NCBI GenBank assembly: GCA_951406725.2
Contig: OX597816.1
Span: forward strand, 109,554,001 to 109,618,000
DNA length: 64,000 bases
Direction: 5' to 3'
Source: Octopus vulgaris
Taxonomy: Eukaryota
Shown here: one piece after another, positions 1 through 13,532 of the stretch
How the letters are laid out: every line of letters starts with the position of its first letter
Position numbering within the stretch: the stretch's first letter is position 1
Notes under the pieces: generated by a model
What the model was told of the DNA's origin: nothing
What the model saw: the letters and a program-made list of their open reading frames with translations, nothing else
The model's database searches: none
Translations under genes and position numbers: made by a program

Positions 1-62
1 AGAATCTCACAGATGCACACATACGCATAAGTATATGTATGTGAATATATAAATATATAAAT

Positions 63-107
<45 letters not shown>

Positions 108-842
108 CATATATAGATATATCTTAATGACTTTCTAAATATGATTGGTGAAAAATAAATGTAGAATAATTGCAGAAAAAGCAAATTGAAAATACAAGTG
201 AAAGCTGAAATTCTTAAAGCTGCTTCGGTGAAATGTTAAATACTTTCCAAAATTCAAAATTACTATTTCATATTTTTCAATTTTTATATATTATTTTATG
301 TATAAGTTTTCTCGTCGGCTGTTTCTTTTAATAGTTTAGTTTCTGATAGGAACTGGAATTTATGTGTTTACTAAAGGTGATAAACCTCCGACAATTTCCT
401 CATTTTACGTATATCTAATTTCAGATTCATGGCTTGACTTACTACTAGTTTTCAGACATGTATATCATTGGAGAAGTGTTCTGTGTTCATAGGAATACAT
501 GTATATCTCCCTAAAAGAGTAAATATTACTTGGCTTGTTTGTGTGTGCGTGCACGTGTATTAAGCCAGCTATTCTCAGGGACACACAGCCACGTGCCCAC
601 TCGCAGACCAATGTATATGGATCTCTGTTGGATTCGACGATTAGTTTTCCAGTTGTTCGCCCAAATGAACTTAAACTTACTTTATGATTGAATGATAGTT
701 TAAGTATATCTACATGCACTTATATATATTTATACACCTACATGTATACATACGCATACACACATACATAAATGTATATACGCACGCACACACACACACA
801 CACAAGTATACATGTTTATATGTATATATGTGTGTATCTATA

Positions 843-1189
843 GTGTAATCACCCGACATAACATCAGAAACCGGACATTGTTGTGGTGAATCAAAAACGA
901 AGAACAATGTGAAAGAAGAAGACAAAATAAACAACTATGACGATTTGAAGTGGGAGATACGAAGGTTGTGGTAAAGGAAAAGGGTAAACGTGATACCAAT
1001 AGTAATTGGTGCACTTGGAAGTATCAGCGCTCAACTACCAACATAGCTGAAAAAAGATCAGTAGAAGTGCGAAGGTAGAACACCTTACAAAATCAGCATT
1101 GCCTGGAGCTGCAAGAATTCTTTGTAGGGTTCTTGAAGCATGACCAGTTAACAAGTATCACCTTAGTCTGCTGGCTGTGAGTTTTCATA
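843..1189 (+). mobile_element. R4/Dong-like RLE non-LTR retrotransposon, 3' fragment
   Basis: Manual translation gives KPDIVVVN...KINNYDDLKWEIRRLW...VIPIVIGALGS...ARILCRVLEA* (restriction-like endonuclease C-terminus, stop 1141-1143), a short 3' UTR, then (AAT)n at about 1190-1247. Confidence 0.85.
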
Positions 1190-1199
1190 TAATAATAAA

Positions 1200-1235
<36 letters not shown>

Positions 1236-1247
1236 AATAGTAATAAT

Positions 1248-1440
1248 CCTTTCTACTATATGCACAAGGCCTGAAATTTCGGGATTAGTCGATTACTCGA
1301 CTGGTAATTATTTTATTGACCCCGAAAAGATGAAAGGCAAAGTTAACCCCGGCGGAATTTGAACTCAGAATATAAAGACGGACAAGATACCGGTAAGCAT
1401 TTGGCTTGGCGTGCTAACAATTCCGCTAGGTCACTGGCTC
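1248..1440 (-). mobile_element. tRNA-derived SINE (octopus OR-like family)
   Basis: Minus strand has a tRNA-like head with B-box GAGTTCAAATTCC, a central GCCTTTCATCTTTTCGGGGTCAATAAAATAA segment and a 3' end AGTAGAAAGG-(ATT)n. Similar copies at 9170-9382 and 58898-59106. Family name is from recall. Confidence 0.8.
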
Positions 1441-1449
1441 AATAACAAC

Positions 1450-1483
<34 letters not shown>

Positions 1484-1497
1484 ACAACAACAACAAC

Positions 1498-1592
<95 letters not shown>
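1441..1592. repeat. (AAC)n/(AAT)n compound microsatellite
   Basis: Directly visible; produces the poly-N/I/L/Y ORFs. Confidence 0.98.
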
Positions 1593-1594
<2 letters not shown>

Positions 1595-3862
1595 GGAATA
1601 ATACGAGGAATAATAATAAGAGGAATGTTGAACCACAAGCATTAACTGAAAGGCGACTATATGCTGAAACCACTCAAGAGCCTGAAGAAAAAGGAAAATA
1701 CAATGACCCTAGAAAAAACAGCATGGAAAATGATGTCGAAACAGAATTTGAAGACCACATATTTGCTGAACAACAGAGAAAATCTGTCATTGAAATGAAG
1801 CAGGAAGTTCTGAATGAGCTTGCAGTTGTAGGGCATACAAATATGAATGATAGTGAACCATTCCAGAAACTCTCAAATGCACACCAACATAAAACACAAA
1901 TAAAAATTGGCAACTGCTTTACACAAGAAATCATACAACATCTAAAACCCGATCTTAATAAGTTAAATGAAATTATTTACTCTGTTGCTAAGGTAATCGA
2001 AAGACGCTGTTTAACATCCAAAACGAAAAGAATTGAAACAAAAAAATGGATGTAGAATAATTGCAGAAAAAAACAGATTGAAAATACAAGTGAAAGCTGA
2101 AGTTCTTAAAGCTGCTTCTGTGAAATGTTAAATACTTTCCAAAATTCAAAATTGCATTCATTCCTCGCTTACTACTTCATATTTTTCAAACACACGCATC
2201 AATCATTGTGAAGGGAGATAACAATATTAACTGAGCTAATATCTGGAAATGGTGTAAGATCAAGAAAATGCAGGAAGATTGTGAGAAAATATGGACTCTC
2301 AGCAGAAGAACTAATCTCAGCGAAAGAAGCACTTAAACAAAATGTTCAAGCAAAAGCTCAGAGAATACGCAAATTTGAGAAAAGAATCATATACTACAAG
2401 CAAAATAAAATGTTCAAAACCAATGTCAAATCATTTTACAGGGGAATAGAGAAAGAAAAAAGCCATTGTAAATCTACCCCTAATGGAAGAAGTCGAAAAC
2501 CTTTGGAAAGGGATCTGGAGTGATGAGAAACCATACAATGAAAATGCAGACAGGTTCAAATTCACCCAAGATGCCTACAAATATCTACAAGAATAGGTAT
2601 GGGAAGACATCTCAATCGCCGACCTAAGGAGGGCACTAACGAAGGTTCATAAGTGGAAATCCCCTTGTATTGATAGAGTACCAAATTTCTGGATCTCATC
2701 ACTCTCGTCCGCACACAAAATGTTAGTAATACTATTTAATAGTATTATGAAAGACCTGGAAAAAACTCCCCATTGGATGGCAAATGGTATTACTTACCTC
2801 CTTCCCAAAAATAACGAAGCCACAGACCCCCAAAAACTATCGGTCTATAACATGTTTGTCTACCACCTCTTAGATTTTGACATCTATTCTAGTGGAGAAA
2901 ACATATACGTTTATGGAAGAGAATAAACTCTTTCCCACTGAACAAAAGACGTAACTCATACGGATGCAAAGATCAGCTCCTAATTAATCGCATGATCCTT
3001 GAGAAAAGCCATAACAAGCGTGGAAATCTCAGCTCTTCAAAGATTGATTATAAAAAAAGCCTTTGATAGCATACCACATTCGAGCTGACCCAAAATGCCG
3101 ATTCTATAACGATGAGATTGAAACTATTGACCACCTTATCTCAGGGTCTAGAGTCTTAGCACCTGTAGAATATAAAGCAAGACATGACAGAGTCGGCCAG
3201 TATTTACACTGGACAATATGTCGGCATTATAGAATCAAAACCGTTGACAAATGGTATAAACACCATCCTGAAGCTGAGACTGAGAGAGAAAATGTGTCGA
3301 TTCTCTGGGACTTCTGCGTACATACCGAAAAAAACTATAAAAGCTAATAAACCGGATATTATTATAAAAGATGTGTTTATTAATTTCTTAAAAAATGTGT
3401 TTATTAATTGACATGAGTATTCCTTGCGATCACAATATAGCGGAGAAAGAATTTGACAAGATCAGTAAATATAAAAGACTTGCTAATAGAAATTGAAAAA
3501 AAATGTGGTATCTCAAGACGACTACAGTACCAGTGATTGTAGGATCTCTAGGAATGATAAAAAAAAGGTACTGAAACCTATTTGAAAATGATACCAGGCT
3601 TATCATCCATACAGGAAGTGCAAAAAGTCGTGTTAACTGGAATGACTCATGTACTGAGAAGAGCATTATCGCTGTGAAAACAACATCCATTCATGAATTT
3701 ATTTATTTATTAATTTTTTTAAATACAAATTTTACCTGTGAATTCGCGTGTGTAATCTGGGAATGCATGCAATGAACTTTTCTGCCTTAGGTGTACGGAA
3801 AACACTCGGCGAGAAATGGAAGAAAATTTGAAGAAAAAAGAAAAAAAAATTATTATAATAAT
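1593..3862 (+). mobile_element. R4/Dong-like RLE LINE, degenerate, internally deleted
   Basis: Broken ORFs: KEALKQNVQAKAQRIRKF...QNKMF; WKSPCIDRVPNFW; GITYLLPK; DYKKAFDSIPH joined directly to a CCHC-like knuckle (CRFY...ETIDHLISG...RHDRVG); ANKPDIII endonuclease; stop near 3677; 3' UTR ending in ttataataat. Confidence 0.9.
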
Positions 3863-3934
3863 CCATGGAGGGAATTTATTAAAAGTTCAAAGCATTGGCA
3901 ATGCATTAAAATATTTATAAATTTCATCTATGGA

Positions 3935-4297
3935 TTATTATTATTATTTCTTTTTATCTCAGGTTTTCTTGCATGCGTAGCAGGCTTGCTGCCTGCAGCC
4001 TACGGTACCATGAAATATGTTCTTTTCAACTATCCAATACTTTCCTAAATATTCTGGTCGTGCCACGGTGGCAAACGTCTTGTAACAGCTCTACTCAGCA
4101 CCGTATTCCGATTTCCTTTATATTCCTCTTGATGCTTTCTGATACTGTTCCCAAGGACCCAAGAATGATTAGCACTATCTTCACCTTCATTTTCCATAGC
4201 AAGACTACTTCGTACTTAAGACGGTTGTATTTATTTATCTTTTCACCTTCCTTCTTGACTATTCGTGAATCAATCAAAGAGGCGCGCGACATCAACT
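3935..4297 (-). mobile_element. R4/Dong-like RLE LINE 3' fragment, tail-to-tail with the previous element
   Basis: ORF 4095..4295 (-): KEGEKINKYNRLKYEVVLLWKMKVKIVLIILGSLGTV; 3' UTR ends at (TTA)n on the plus strand at 3935-3948. Confidence 0.85.
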
Positions 4298-5077
4298 ATC
4301 TAGGTCAGTATTTCAGGTGTGTATTTCTGTAACCACACATTTATAGCAATAAAAATACAAAGAAGGCAGTTGGCAATTCTCCAGTTTTCTATGTTTGTTG
4401 TAACGAAGGGGTCAGTTTGACTTAGGTATGCGAGTGATAGGAAACAGCCAAAGTTTTAATGAACCTGACCCACTGAATAGAAATATTTGTCTCAACGTGC
4501 AGCACTTCGACTAGAAACATAACATTCTAAAATAGCCCCAATATGGGGAGCCTCTGCATAATCACTTGGTCATCTGATCAGCGTGGGAGTGCAATAAAAT
4601 ATCTCCCTGTTTCCAATTCGCAGTCTCATAACTAGCGTTAAATAGAAGCCAATTGCCACTGTAGATCTTAGAGAAGCTAATGTTGATATCCTAGACATTG
4701 AAATCAAGCGCAACTCTTTGAAGTAAAAGTTCTTTCTATTATCTCACTAACTTAATTCCTAAAAGTTATTAAAACATCAAGAGAAAGACATTATGATGTT
4801 GTTACTTAGCCACAAATCCCTGACAGACAAAACCTGTGACAAAATGTTGCAAACTTGACAATCGTATATCGTATATCGTATATCGAGGGCCACAGTTTCT
4901 AAGATAATCGAGTGCGACTGCAGAGAATCTGGTTAGCTTACAGCAGGTGTAGAATGACTACGTGAACACCTCTGGACCATATGTATCCAACGTTCTGTTA
5001 ATACAAGTTACTAATTTCAAAACCAACGGTATCACTTGTTAATTTTGATATATTGTTGATTTCCATTTTAGTCTATA

Positions 5078-6095
5078 CTAGCAGTATAGCCCGGCTTTGC
5101 CCGGGATTAAGTTAGGATTATTAAGCTAATCAATTCTTTATTTCAAACCAAAATAAGTGACATCAACGTCAAATTTGGGCGAAGTCCGTTGAAAAGGGTA
5201 AACTTTTGGCTGAAAATGAGTTGCAGACAACTTGATTGGGTAATACCAGAAGGAATCGGTTTATCGATTTTTTCCATTCATCGATTATTTTTCGTTTTTG
5301 GAGAACTTAAAGTATTCAAAGATCCCATGATTCCTAATTAATGCTGGCATCAAGTTTGAAAAAATACATCAAAATTAGTAAAAGTTATGGTTGAAAATGG
5401 GGTGTAGCGAATTTTATTGGGAAATCCTATAAAGAATCGGGTTATCGATTTTTTTAACCTGATTAAATGGAAACCCCCATAAGGAATCAGTTTATTGATT
5501 TTTCACCCCAGATATGACTTAACCGAACACAATATTGCTGATTCAAAAACATCTATATTTATACTTTAAAGTTGCTTTTCACACCCAACGCAATTCTGCA
5601 GAATCAGTGTCGCGACGGGAGGGCATCGGTTGGGAAATCTTCCAGTAAGGAAAACACAATGCCAAAAAGGGCTCCCGACCCTCTGTGTCAGAAGCGGTTA
5701 TGTTCAGATCACAATTAAGTCTTAAGTATATATACATGTTCTTTGTACGCATTCATGTGTGTGTGTGTATGTGTGTGTGTTGCCCGTATATCAACAAAAC
5801 ACTTTTTCTTCGATGGAAAAAACAACAAAAGTCTTAATAAAAACTTACTCGTCACTAGAAGGGGACTTAACTCCTGTTTGTAAACAATGATGACTTTTGC
5901 GACTTGAAAATTGTTAAAGGTTTTGGTTGAAAATTTATTTTTACTGCTATTTGGTGGTGCCTCTGGGAAAAATACAGCAAGGGTCATGACGAATGTTCTA
6001 AAATTGGAGCGACATGCGTGCTAATTTGTGGACGTGCATAAATTACATTCACGTTCACACACACACACACACACCCTGCCTTTTATATATACAGA
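5078..6095 (-). mobile_element. Non-autonomous Helitron-like element (~1 kb)
   Basis: Minus strand starts A|TC TGTATATATAAAAGGCAGG(GT)n and ends CCCGG-gcaaag-CCGGG hairpin + CTATACTG-CTAG|T, i.e. canonical 5'-TC, 3' hairpin-CTAG and an AT target. Internal repeats AAGGAATCGGTTTATCGATTTT at about 5250, 5432 and 5481. The 5' boundary is less certain than the 3'. Confidence 0.65.
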
Positions 6096-7161
6096 TAACA
6101 GTTACTTTTACTTTTTGCTGAAACTGAGTAGTTAAAATAATTATAGTAATTTGTCTACTGAAAGTAGATATTCGTAGAGTGAAAGGACACTTATTTATTT
6201 GAAATGTTAAAACAAAGAGTAACTTTTCCTTTATTTGCACTTTGCTTTATTTTAAATAGAAATCACTCTCATGACAATTTCACTTGTGAGGCATATCAAT
6301 ATGTAGAGAATACCAAATCTAACACATACTGACTCTTATTAAAGGTACTCACCAATACAAGAAATCCTACCAGAATTCTCTTTAGCTACAGTAAATATTA
6401 CAAGGAGGTTTCTTTTTGAGAGAAAAACTAGCAGTTGTGATAGTGCTCTGGAGTCGAAAAGAGCTCACTTTTTGTTCAACGGCGCTCGGTACGTGGCAGA
6501 AGAAAATATTAGAAATAAAAAAATATCAACAAAGAAAAAAACATCACTACAAACAACAAAACAGCCCAATAAAAGGTCAGAGTTTCCATTCAGATGTCAT
6601 GAAAAAAGTAAAGAGACCATTGAGTTTTAAAAATATCTAATCATATCTCATCATATCAGTCTTAGGTTGTCATCATGGTGGATTTGCTTCTTTCTCCTAT
6701 ATATTTTAGTTCGTTTATTTCTTTTGCCATTGATTTGCAATTTATTTGGAAACCTATTCTCTAGACACTAATCTCTCTTCCAAAACAAATAAAAACATTT
6801 TACTGTCAACAGCTATGACAATTTAATGTTCATACACTGATATTTTACTATATCAATGCAGAGAGAGGGTTGTTGTTTTCTCAGTGTTTTTCGTGTTGAC
6901 GGCTGTAAGTTTTTTCTTTCTCTGGTAATGTTATTTTTGTTGTATTACTATCAAGGTAGATTATATGTTTGTGTGTACTTTAGTATGTTTATATATTCTG
7001 TATGTGGAGGCTTGTTTTATTGCCTTTCAAGTAATCATCAAATGTTTCTTTAAATGATACACATAAATAAATTTCCCCTAACTCTATCTCTGTTCCATTT
7101 TTATGTCTATTATTCCCCCACTCCACTCCACAAGCACACTCACACGCGCACATACCCACAC

Positions 7162-7217
<56 letters not shown>

Positions 7218-7884
7218 CATATTTGTATATGACGGTGCTAGACGATATATTTGATATGTTTATTTAGTACCTAAGATACACCAGAGTGTTACTTTTGTTT
7301 TGGGGATAAAGAGATCTGTCCCTGCTTCATCTAATATATAAAACCGTATCGAAAGTATAGACCTGCACTTTCTTGATACATGCGACAAAGCAAATATGGC
7401 GATTTGTGAAGAAAGAAGATGCAAAATTGTCCTATATCTTTGGAGAAATGACGAGTGCAGAAAATATAGAGAGAAACAGAAAGGCAGAAGATGGCATAAT
7501 TCATTTATTTGTCCCTGAGTTTCAAGAAAATATACTATAGCTAAAAAGATTTAAAATATATTCTGTCGAATGTGAAATGCCCTTTCGAATATAAAGAAAT
7601 GATTATCTTTGTTCTGAGTTTAGGCGTAAAGTCTTAAGCATATATGTATGCGCAGAAGGGATATGAGAGGAAAGATTTGTTGTGGCTTGTTTAACTGTGT
7701 AAGATTCGGAAGTGCTAATTTATTGTAAATGGTGTCAAGCTTAGTTGAAAGGAAGTTAGGCATCCTCATAGACTACCGATTTTTATGTGTGCAACATGTT
7801 AGGTGTTGTCCTAAGCTGTGTATTATTCTGATGTTTGTATGCACACACTAACTTAACTTAACTTAAGTTAACTTAACACACGCA

Positions 7885-7927
<43 letters not shown>

Positions 7928-8047
7928 ACACACAAACATACACATGCGCACACATGCGTACATCATGCATATATACATACATACACATACATACACATGT
8001 ATGTTAGTACATATATGTAACAAACAACCTTAGAATCGCTATGCACA

Positions 8048-8100
<53 letters not shown>

Positions 8101-8199
8101 GTATATACGGGTATGTGCATGTACGTGTGCCAGTGCGTGTTTGTGCTTGTGTGTGTGTGTGTCTGTGTGCGCTAGTAAAAAGTCGCGAAGTGGTTTATC

Positions 8200-8400
8200 T
8201 TTTACCTTTCATCTTTTACTTATTCCAGTAATGTATCTGCAACTGTGCTGGGTCACTGCCTTGAAGTATTAAGTGGAATAAGTCCAACCCGGTACTTATT
8301 TTCTAAGCCTGGTACATATTCTATCGATCCATTATGCCGGACTTGTAAGTTACGGAGATGTAAAAATACCAACACCAGTTGTAAAACTGTGTCGGGCAAC
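8200..8400 (-). mobile_element. Decayed 3' half of OK-like SINE
   Basis: Resembles 22441-22640 (cttttactt...ggtacatattctatcg...aagttacgg...acaccagttgt). Confidence 0.6.
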
Positions 8401-9169
8401 GAATGCATGCGTCGTAACACATACACACGCATACGCACACACATAAACATACAAACACACATACAAACACACATACACACATACACACAAGGCTACACTT
8501 TAACACAGAAGCAAAAACCTACACACATACACACACACAAACACATAAAGAAAAGAACCAGCCAAATATAGCTCCACAAGAAGGCAACATTTCAAAAGTC
8601 TTTCAGACTCCACTTCTGCATTTGTAAGAAATGAAATATATAAAATTATATCCGATACTTCCAGATGGTAAGATTGCAATGCACTCTTAATAAATAGCTT
8701 TATCACAGGCTAACATTCGGTTATCATCCTAATATTACTAACAAATAAAAGTAAAAGAAAATGCAAGAGAAACGGTTTATCAATAATCTGAAAGAAGGAG
8801 AGCAAAATAGTATACGACATCATGAAACCAAATCATTTAAGCTGTATATTCAAAGTAGATTTATCGGAAACAACTTAAAGGATGAAACTAATCTTTTTAC
8901 CAACCAGGCACGTCCATAGAGTCGGTACTTAACTTAGGTCTCAGGAGTATTAACCAGGCAGACAATTCAAAATATCTTTTTGGTGGCAAGCTAGTTTATT
9001 AGAAGCTATTCCTTTTCACAATGGTGCACGTTCAACCAACATTTCTTTACTGTCGTCATCATGACTTCTTTCTCATATTTTTTCTAAATTACAGGTTGGG
9101 ATATATTTATAAGAGAGCTAGAAACAATGGGCAACCTACTTTATCTGTAAAATACATTTCTTTTCTCTT

Positions 9170-9382
9170 TCTCCTTTAAGCACACGGACAGAAATTTAAA
9201 AGCGATGGCTAGTTGATTACATCGATCCCCAATATTCAACTGATACTTATTTTATCGAGCCCGAAAGGATGAAAAGATGAAAGTCATATCGACTTCGGTG
9301 GAATTTGTACTGAGAATGTAAAACCGGAAAAAAGGCCAATAAACATTTTGTCCGGCGTGCTAATGATTCTGCCAGTCTGTCA
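9170..9382 (-). mobile_element. tRNA-derived SINE (OR-like), diverged
   Basis: Collinear similarity to 1248-1440 (tacttattttatcgagcccgaaaggatgaaa...ggcgtgctaatgattctgccag). Confidence 0.75.
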
Positions 9383-9517
9383 TTTTTTTTTATTTGATAA
9401 CTATTGAAACAACGATACAATTAACGAAGTGTACTTGCCAGTGAAATATTTCAAGATAAACACACACAAATTTATACAGAGCACATACATACATACATAC
9501 ATACATACATACATACA

Positions 9518-9548
<31 letters not shown>

Positions 9549-9569
9549 CAATAGAAGACCATACATGGA

Positions 9570-9925
9570 CATATTAATAGAAAGCTCCGGAATGATAGTA
9601 ACATTGATCATCAAAGCATTCTATCATGAACCAATAACCCGATTATGAATTCCCATTTGAAGGGCATGCGTTTGGAATCCAGGAACAAGAAATACCAACC
9701 AAATACTTGATGCACAAAGGGCACAGAGACGCAGGAAAAGCAGCAAAATATGTCAACCGATGCAGACTTTGTGGAGTTAACACCGAATATATTATCCACA
9801 TCATAAGCAATTGTCCGAAAATGTCATCACAGTATTATCTACCGATGAGACATAATGTTGTAGCTAGGCCACTGCATAATGAGATCTGCTGGAAAGATAA
9901 CCCCGATCCCAAAGAAATAAGCTTG
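9570..9925 (+). mobile_element. RLE LINE fragment (CCHC region), separate family
   Basis: RCRLCGVNTEYIIHIISNCPKMSSQYYLPMRHNVVA (Cx2C...H...C plus RHN); upstream SHxEGxAFGIQEQEI-like motif; same family as 42610-43390. Confidence 0.8.
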
Positions 9926-10230
9926 CTTACGATACTGTCTCTATCACAGTGGATGTAGTCGTTGATTTTACTATTTATCTCACGGGTCAACTCTAATCAA
10001 GCACCACTTATTATAAACACAGCCATTCAGTCTCGCCAGGGTATCTAGGAAAACAGATCATTAGGGTACCTAGATATAGAGCACTCACTGTGTTTTTACC
10101 TTTTCAAGGTTGTAGAATTGAACTTGTTGAGACATTTTTAACTCTTTCTAGCAAGTTCAGTAATCCATTAGATGCTCCGGCTACTATACTTGCTGTTATT
10201 TGCGCGTGTCTATCTCTGTGTTTCTGGATG

Positions 10231-10272
<42 letters not shown>

Positions 10273-12091
10273 ATTATTCTATTTTATTTCAAGATTTCTT
10301 GCCAATAGAGAAAGAGTCAGCTTCTAACCTAGATTCAAGGCTCCTTCACTGGAATTTCAACAACATCAAGGTTTTCACTGGGACATTTCACCACTGTTCC
10401 TGTTTTCTATGACTGGCTATATGTTTAGAATTACATTGTAAATATTTAGGCACGTTGACGTAGAAAGACACACAAAACAATATTGAGGCTTACATTATAC
10501 TTTATTCAAGAAAATACTCCAGAATCTATTGATGCTGGTGTTGCCTATGATTTATAGGTAGCCTATTGATGTCTTTAGAGACGCTGTTAGGTATTATTCC
10601 AGGTGTACCAGTTAATGTTGAAATGACAGACCAATTTCTTAGTTACCATATTCTACAGCTAAATGAATGTAAAAGTTAACCTTCTTGGCACAATTCTCAA
10701 TGAAACTATCGTAAGTTACTTGGTCATTTGTTAAAGAACTATTAAAAATTTCTAACATTGAAAATTAAATAATTATTATGCGTTGTCCGAAGTTCTTAAT
10801 GTATGTCAGTGTTCCAAAGTTAATTTTTATTGTCATTTGCATCGCTACTGAAGGTACAATAGAATGTTTTCTTTAAGAAGTTGAGTCTGAGTGACAAGAA
10901 GTATTGAGACTAATGTTCAAGTATATGTTTTATGTTAGACATCTTGATGTATACCTACAATTGACATTCGATTTCTACATTATAATGATATGACATCACC
11001 TCATGAATGACATTTGGCATCTACGTATTCGTAGTATTTAACGTTTTGTTCCTGTTCAACGGAAGTTGTTGAATGTAATGTCCTTTTTTAAATGAGTTGT
11101 TGCCAAACTTGATCGAGCAGACCGTCTTTTTAATGTAACAGAGCTCTATATTATTTAATGTGTCGTTTACGTGTTTAAGACAATTTGAAATATACTTGTC
11201 TGCTTTTTCTAGCAGGTTTAGGAAGCCCGTAGACGTAGCATTGCTGGCTCGTTAAGATTGTCAATTATTTAGTCATATACAGCTATTATTAATGTCGTGT
11301 GTAGAAAATACAGCTCAGAAAGGCATTAACTAAATAATAGTGCATATAATTATGGTTGTTTATCATGAGCAACAAATGTGCTATTTCTAATGTTCATGTT
11401 TTCTGCTACTTAGTCATAACATCTCAACATTTCAAAAATCTAATGTAATTTCGAAGGAAACATTTGCTTCAACAAAGATGATAAACTCGCTTCCTTTCTT
11501 ATTAACATAGTCAATAAAAGTAAGAACGCTTCCCTGTGAGACTGAAATGAAGTGAGAGACATCAATATTTTTTTCTGTGGAACTTTTCCAGTTTTCAAAG
11601 CGATTTAAAGTAGTCACAAATCAGACACTGTAATGCTTCTGGGAGGCAGTTTTTTAATTTATATTGTTGTTACATATTCCCACCAGCTATAGATTCTTTT
11701 TTAAATAGTTATCTTTATTTCGCAATTTTTTTTCCTACACGTTACTAATTTTTATTTTATGTGAATCTTAGGATTTTACTGTATATTGTCCTATATATCA
11801 TTTGCAGGTGCCGTTAATGGAATAGTTTTGCTAACACCGTTTTTGAGTATTGCTTTATCTTTCTAATCAATTCTTAAAAGCGAATATGTTGTGCGAAGCA
11901 TTCGAGCTTATTGTTTACTACATAGAAAAATGCGAGCATGAGAAATAATATTATTAATTAATAATTAGAAATTTGAAAATTTGTTATAAAATATAATAGT
12001 AGTACATAATTAGTACAATAAATAGAATAATACAAAAATTAGTTATATACTACTGTAAAAGCTACCTTTAACAATAACTTCACAATGAAAT

Positions 12092-12225
12092 TTGCTAGAC
12101 AAGGCCCGCGATCTTATCGAGGTGCCCCAAGGAGCACAATTCTAATTCGCGATGGAAGGCAGAAACCCAAGGTGCGACACTTGTGGGTCTAACACATATC
12201 TGAAGGTCCTCTGCCCAGAACAATA
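12092..12225 (+). mobile_element. Orphan Tx1-type ORF1 zinc-knuckle fragment
   Basis: Translates LIEVPQGAQF*FAMEGRNPRCDTCGSNTYLKVLCP, matching IELPEGYKLYVVVEGRRPRCYxCGSETHLKKKYP in ORF1 at about 48440-48545. Confidence 0.6.
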
Positions 12226-12937
12226 ACAAAATGGAGCTCAAGGAACGGCGGCTCTGCTGTTATTTATAAACATTATATGAACACAATATAGATATATATA
12301 TATATGTTTAATTTTTACAAATGTTTTTAGAAGTATAAATAATATCAATGTTTTGCTTACTATAGTGTATGCCTTCTGTTATTCATCAGACAATTCTCTG
12401 ATGAACATTCTGCATATAACAAATTTTCTTTGATTTCGCTCAATGCAATATCAGTCAGCTTAAAAGTAATATAAATGTTGTACGTATAATTCTTGTCTTA
12501 TTTTTTCTTTTTTATTCCGTAGTTAAGCTTTACATAGAAAGTGTATTGCAGTCTTATAGATAGCCTACGCAGTTGAAAGGTTTTAAACTATTAATGCATA
12601 TGTAAAGAATGCTCTGAAATAATATTAGAAATAAAAATCAAGCACGAGAGTTTAACAATCTATGTGACATGTCAGATAACTTAATCAAATAAATTATTCT
12701 AATTTTCTGTGTCAAATTCCATAGTTAGACTAAGAGCATTGCCTCTCATTATACAGTATGAGCATTTCTAACAATTTCGTACTTATTACTACCGTAGATA
12801 TAACTTCAGTACAATGTGATACAGTCTTGTATTATACTGAAAATCGTCGTTGTTTATTAGTCAGAATCATTTGGTATAACGAATGTCAGATTCCTTGTTT
12901 GAATTCCGTAAGAGTACAAGAATATATTCTGTTGAAA

Positions 12938-13038
12938 TAGTATAACAAAAGATATAACAAAAACAAAAGATATAACAAAAGACATAGTATAACAAAAGAT
13001 ATAGTATAACAAAAGATATAACAAAAACATCACAAAAT
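12938..13038. repeat. Short minisatellite (TATAACAAAAGA-like units)
   Basis: Five to six imperfect tandem units directly visible. Confidence 0.85.
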
Positions 13039-13039
13039 A

Positions 13040-13075
13040 TGTTACCCAGAGTTTCACCTTCCCGTTCGTTGACAG
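13040..13075 (-). ncRNA. Degenerate minimal hammerhead-like motif (Penelope terminal repeat remnant)
   Basis: Minus strand: ctgt-CAACGA-AC gggaag GT-GAAA-C tctgg GTA-aca. The CUGANGA box is damaged. Confidence 0.35.
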
Positions 13076-13444
13076 TTTTATTTAGAATGGAACAAAATAA
13101 GGTTATATGCATAAATACACAATTACTTTGATAGATACACATCTGAAAATGGGTTTGCTTCCATGCACATACACGCACGCGCGTAAAACCTTCTCGCATT
13201 TATGTGCTTACTCTGGTATATATATATATATGGAACGCCAAGCCCCCAAAAACTGTTGATGCTCTCTGCCGTTTGTACTCTGTGTAAGTTAGGCCTATTA
13301 ATATTAATACAAATGTCTATATATTTAGACATAAAAATCCCTCACGTGAAAGTTTCAACCTTTTGCTTTTCCTAATTTTGCATGTATACATATATACATA
13401 TTTTGTATTTGATGTATTGTGTGTGTGTGTGTGTGTGTGTGTGA

Positions 13445-13532
<88 letters not shown>

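Noticed and set aside
10603-12907. Candidate host exons (10603-10710, 11808-11866 with a hydrophobic C-terminus, 12798-12907 Cys-containing)
   Set aside because: Splice-like signals exist, but the first has stops in all frames, order and phase are inconsistent, and no recognisable protein results; needs RNA-seq.
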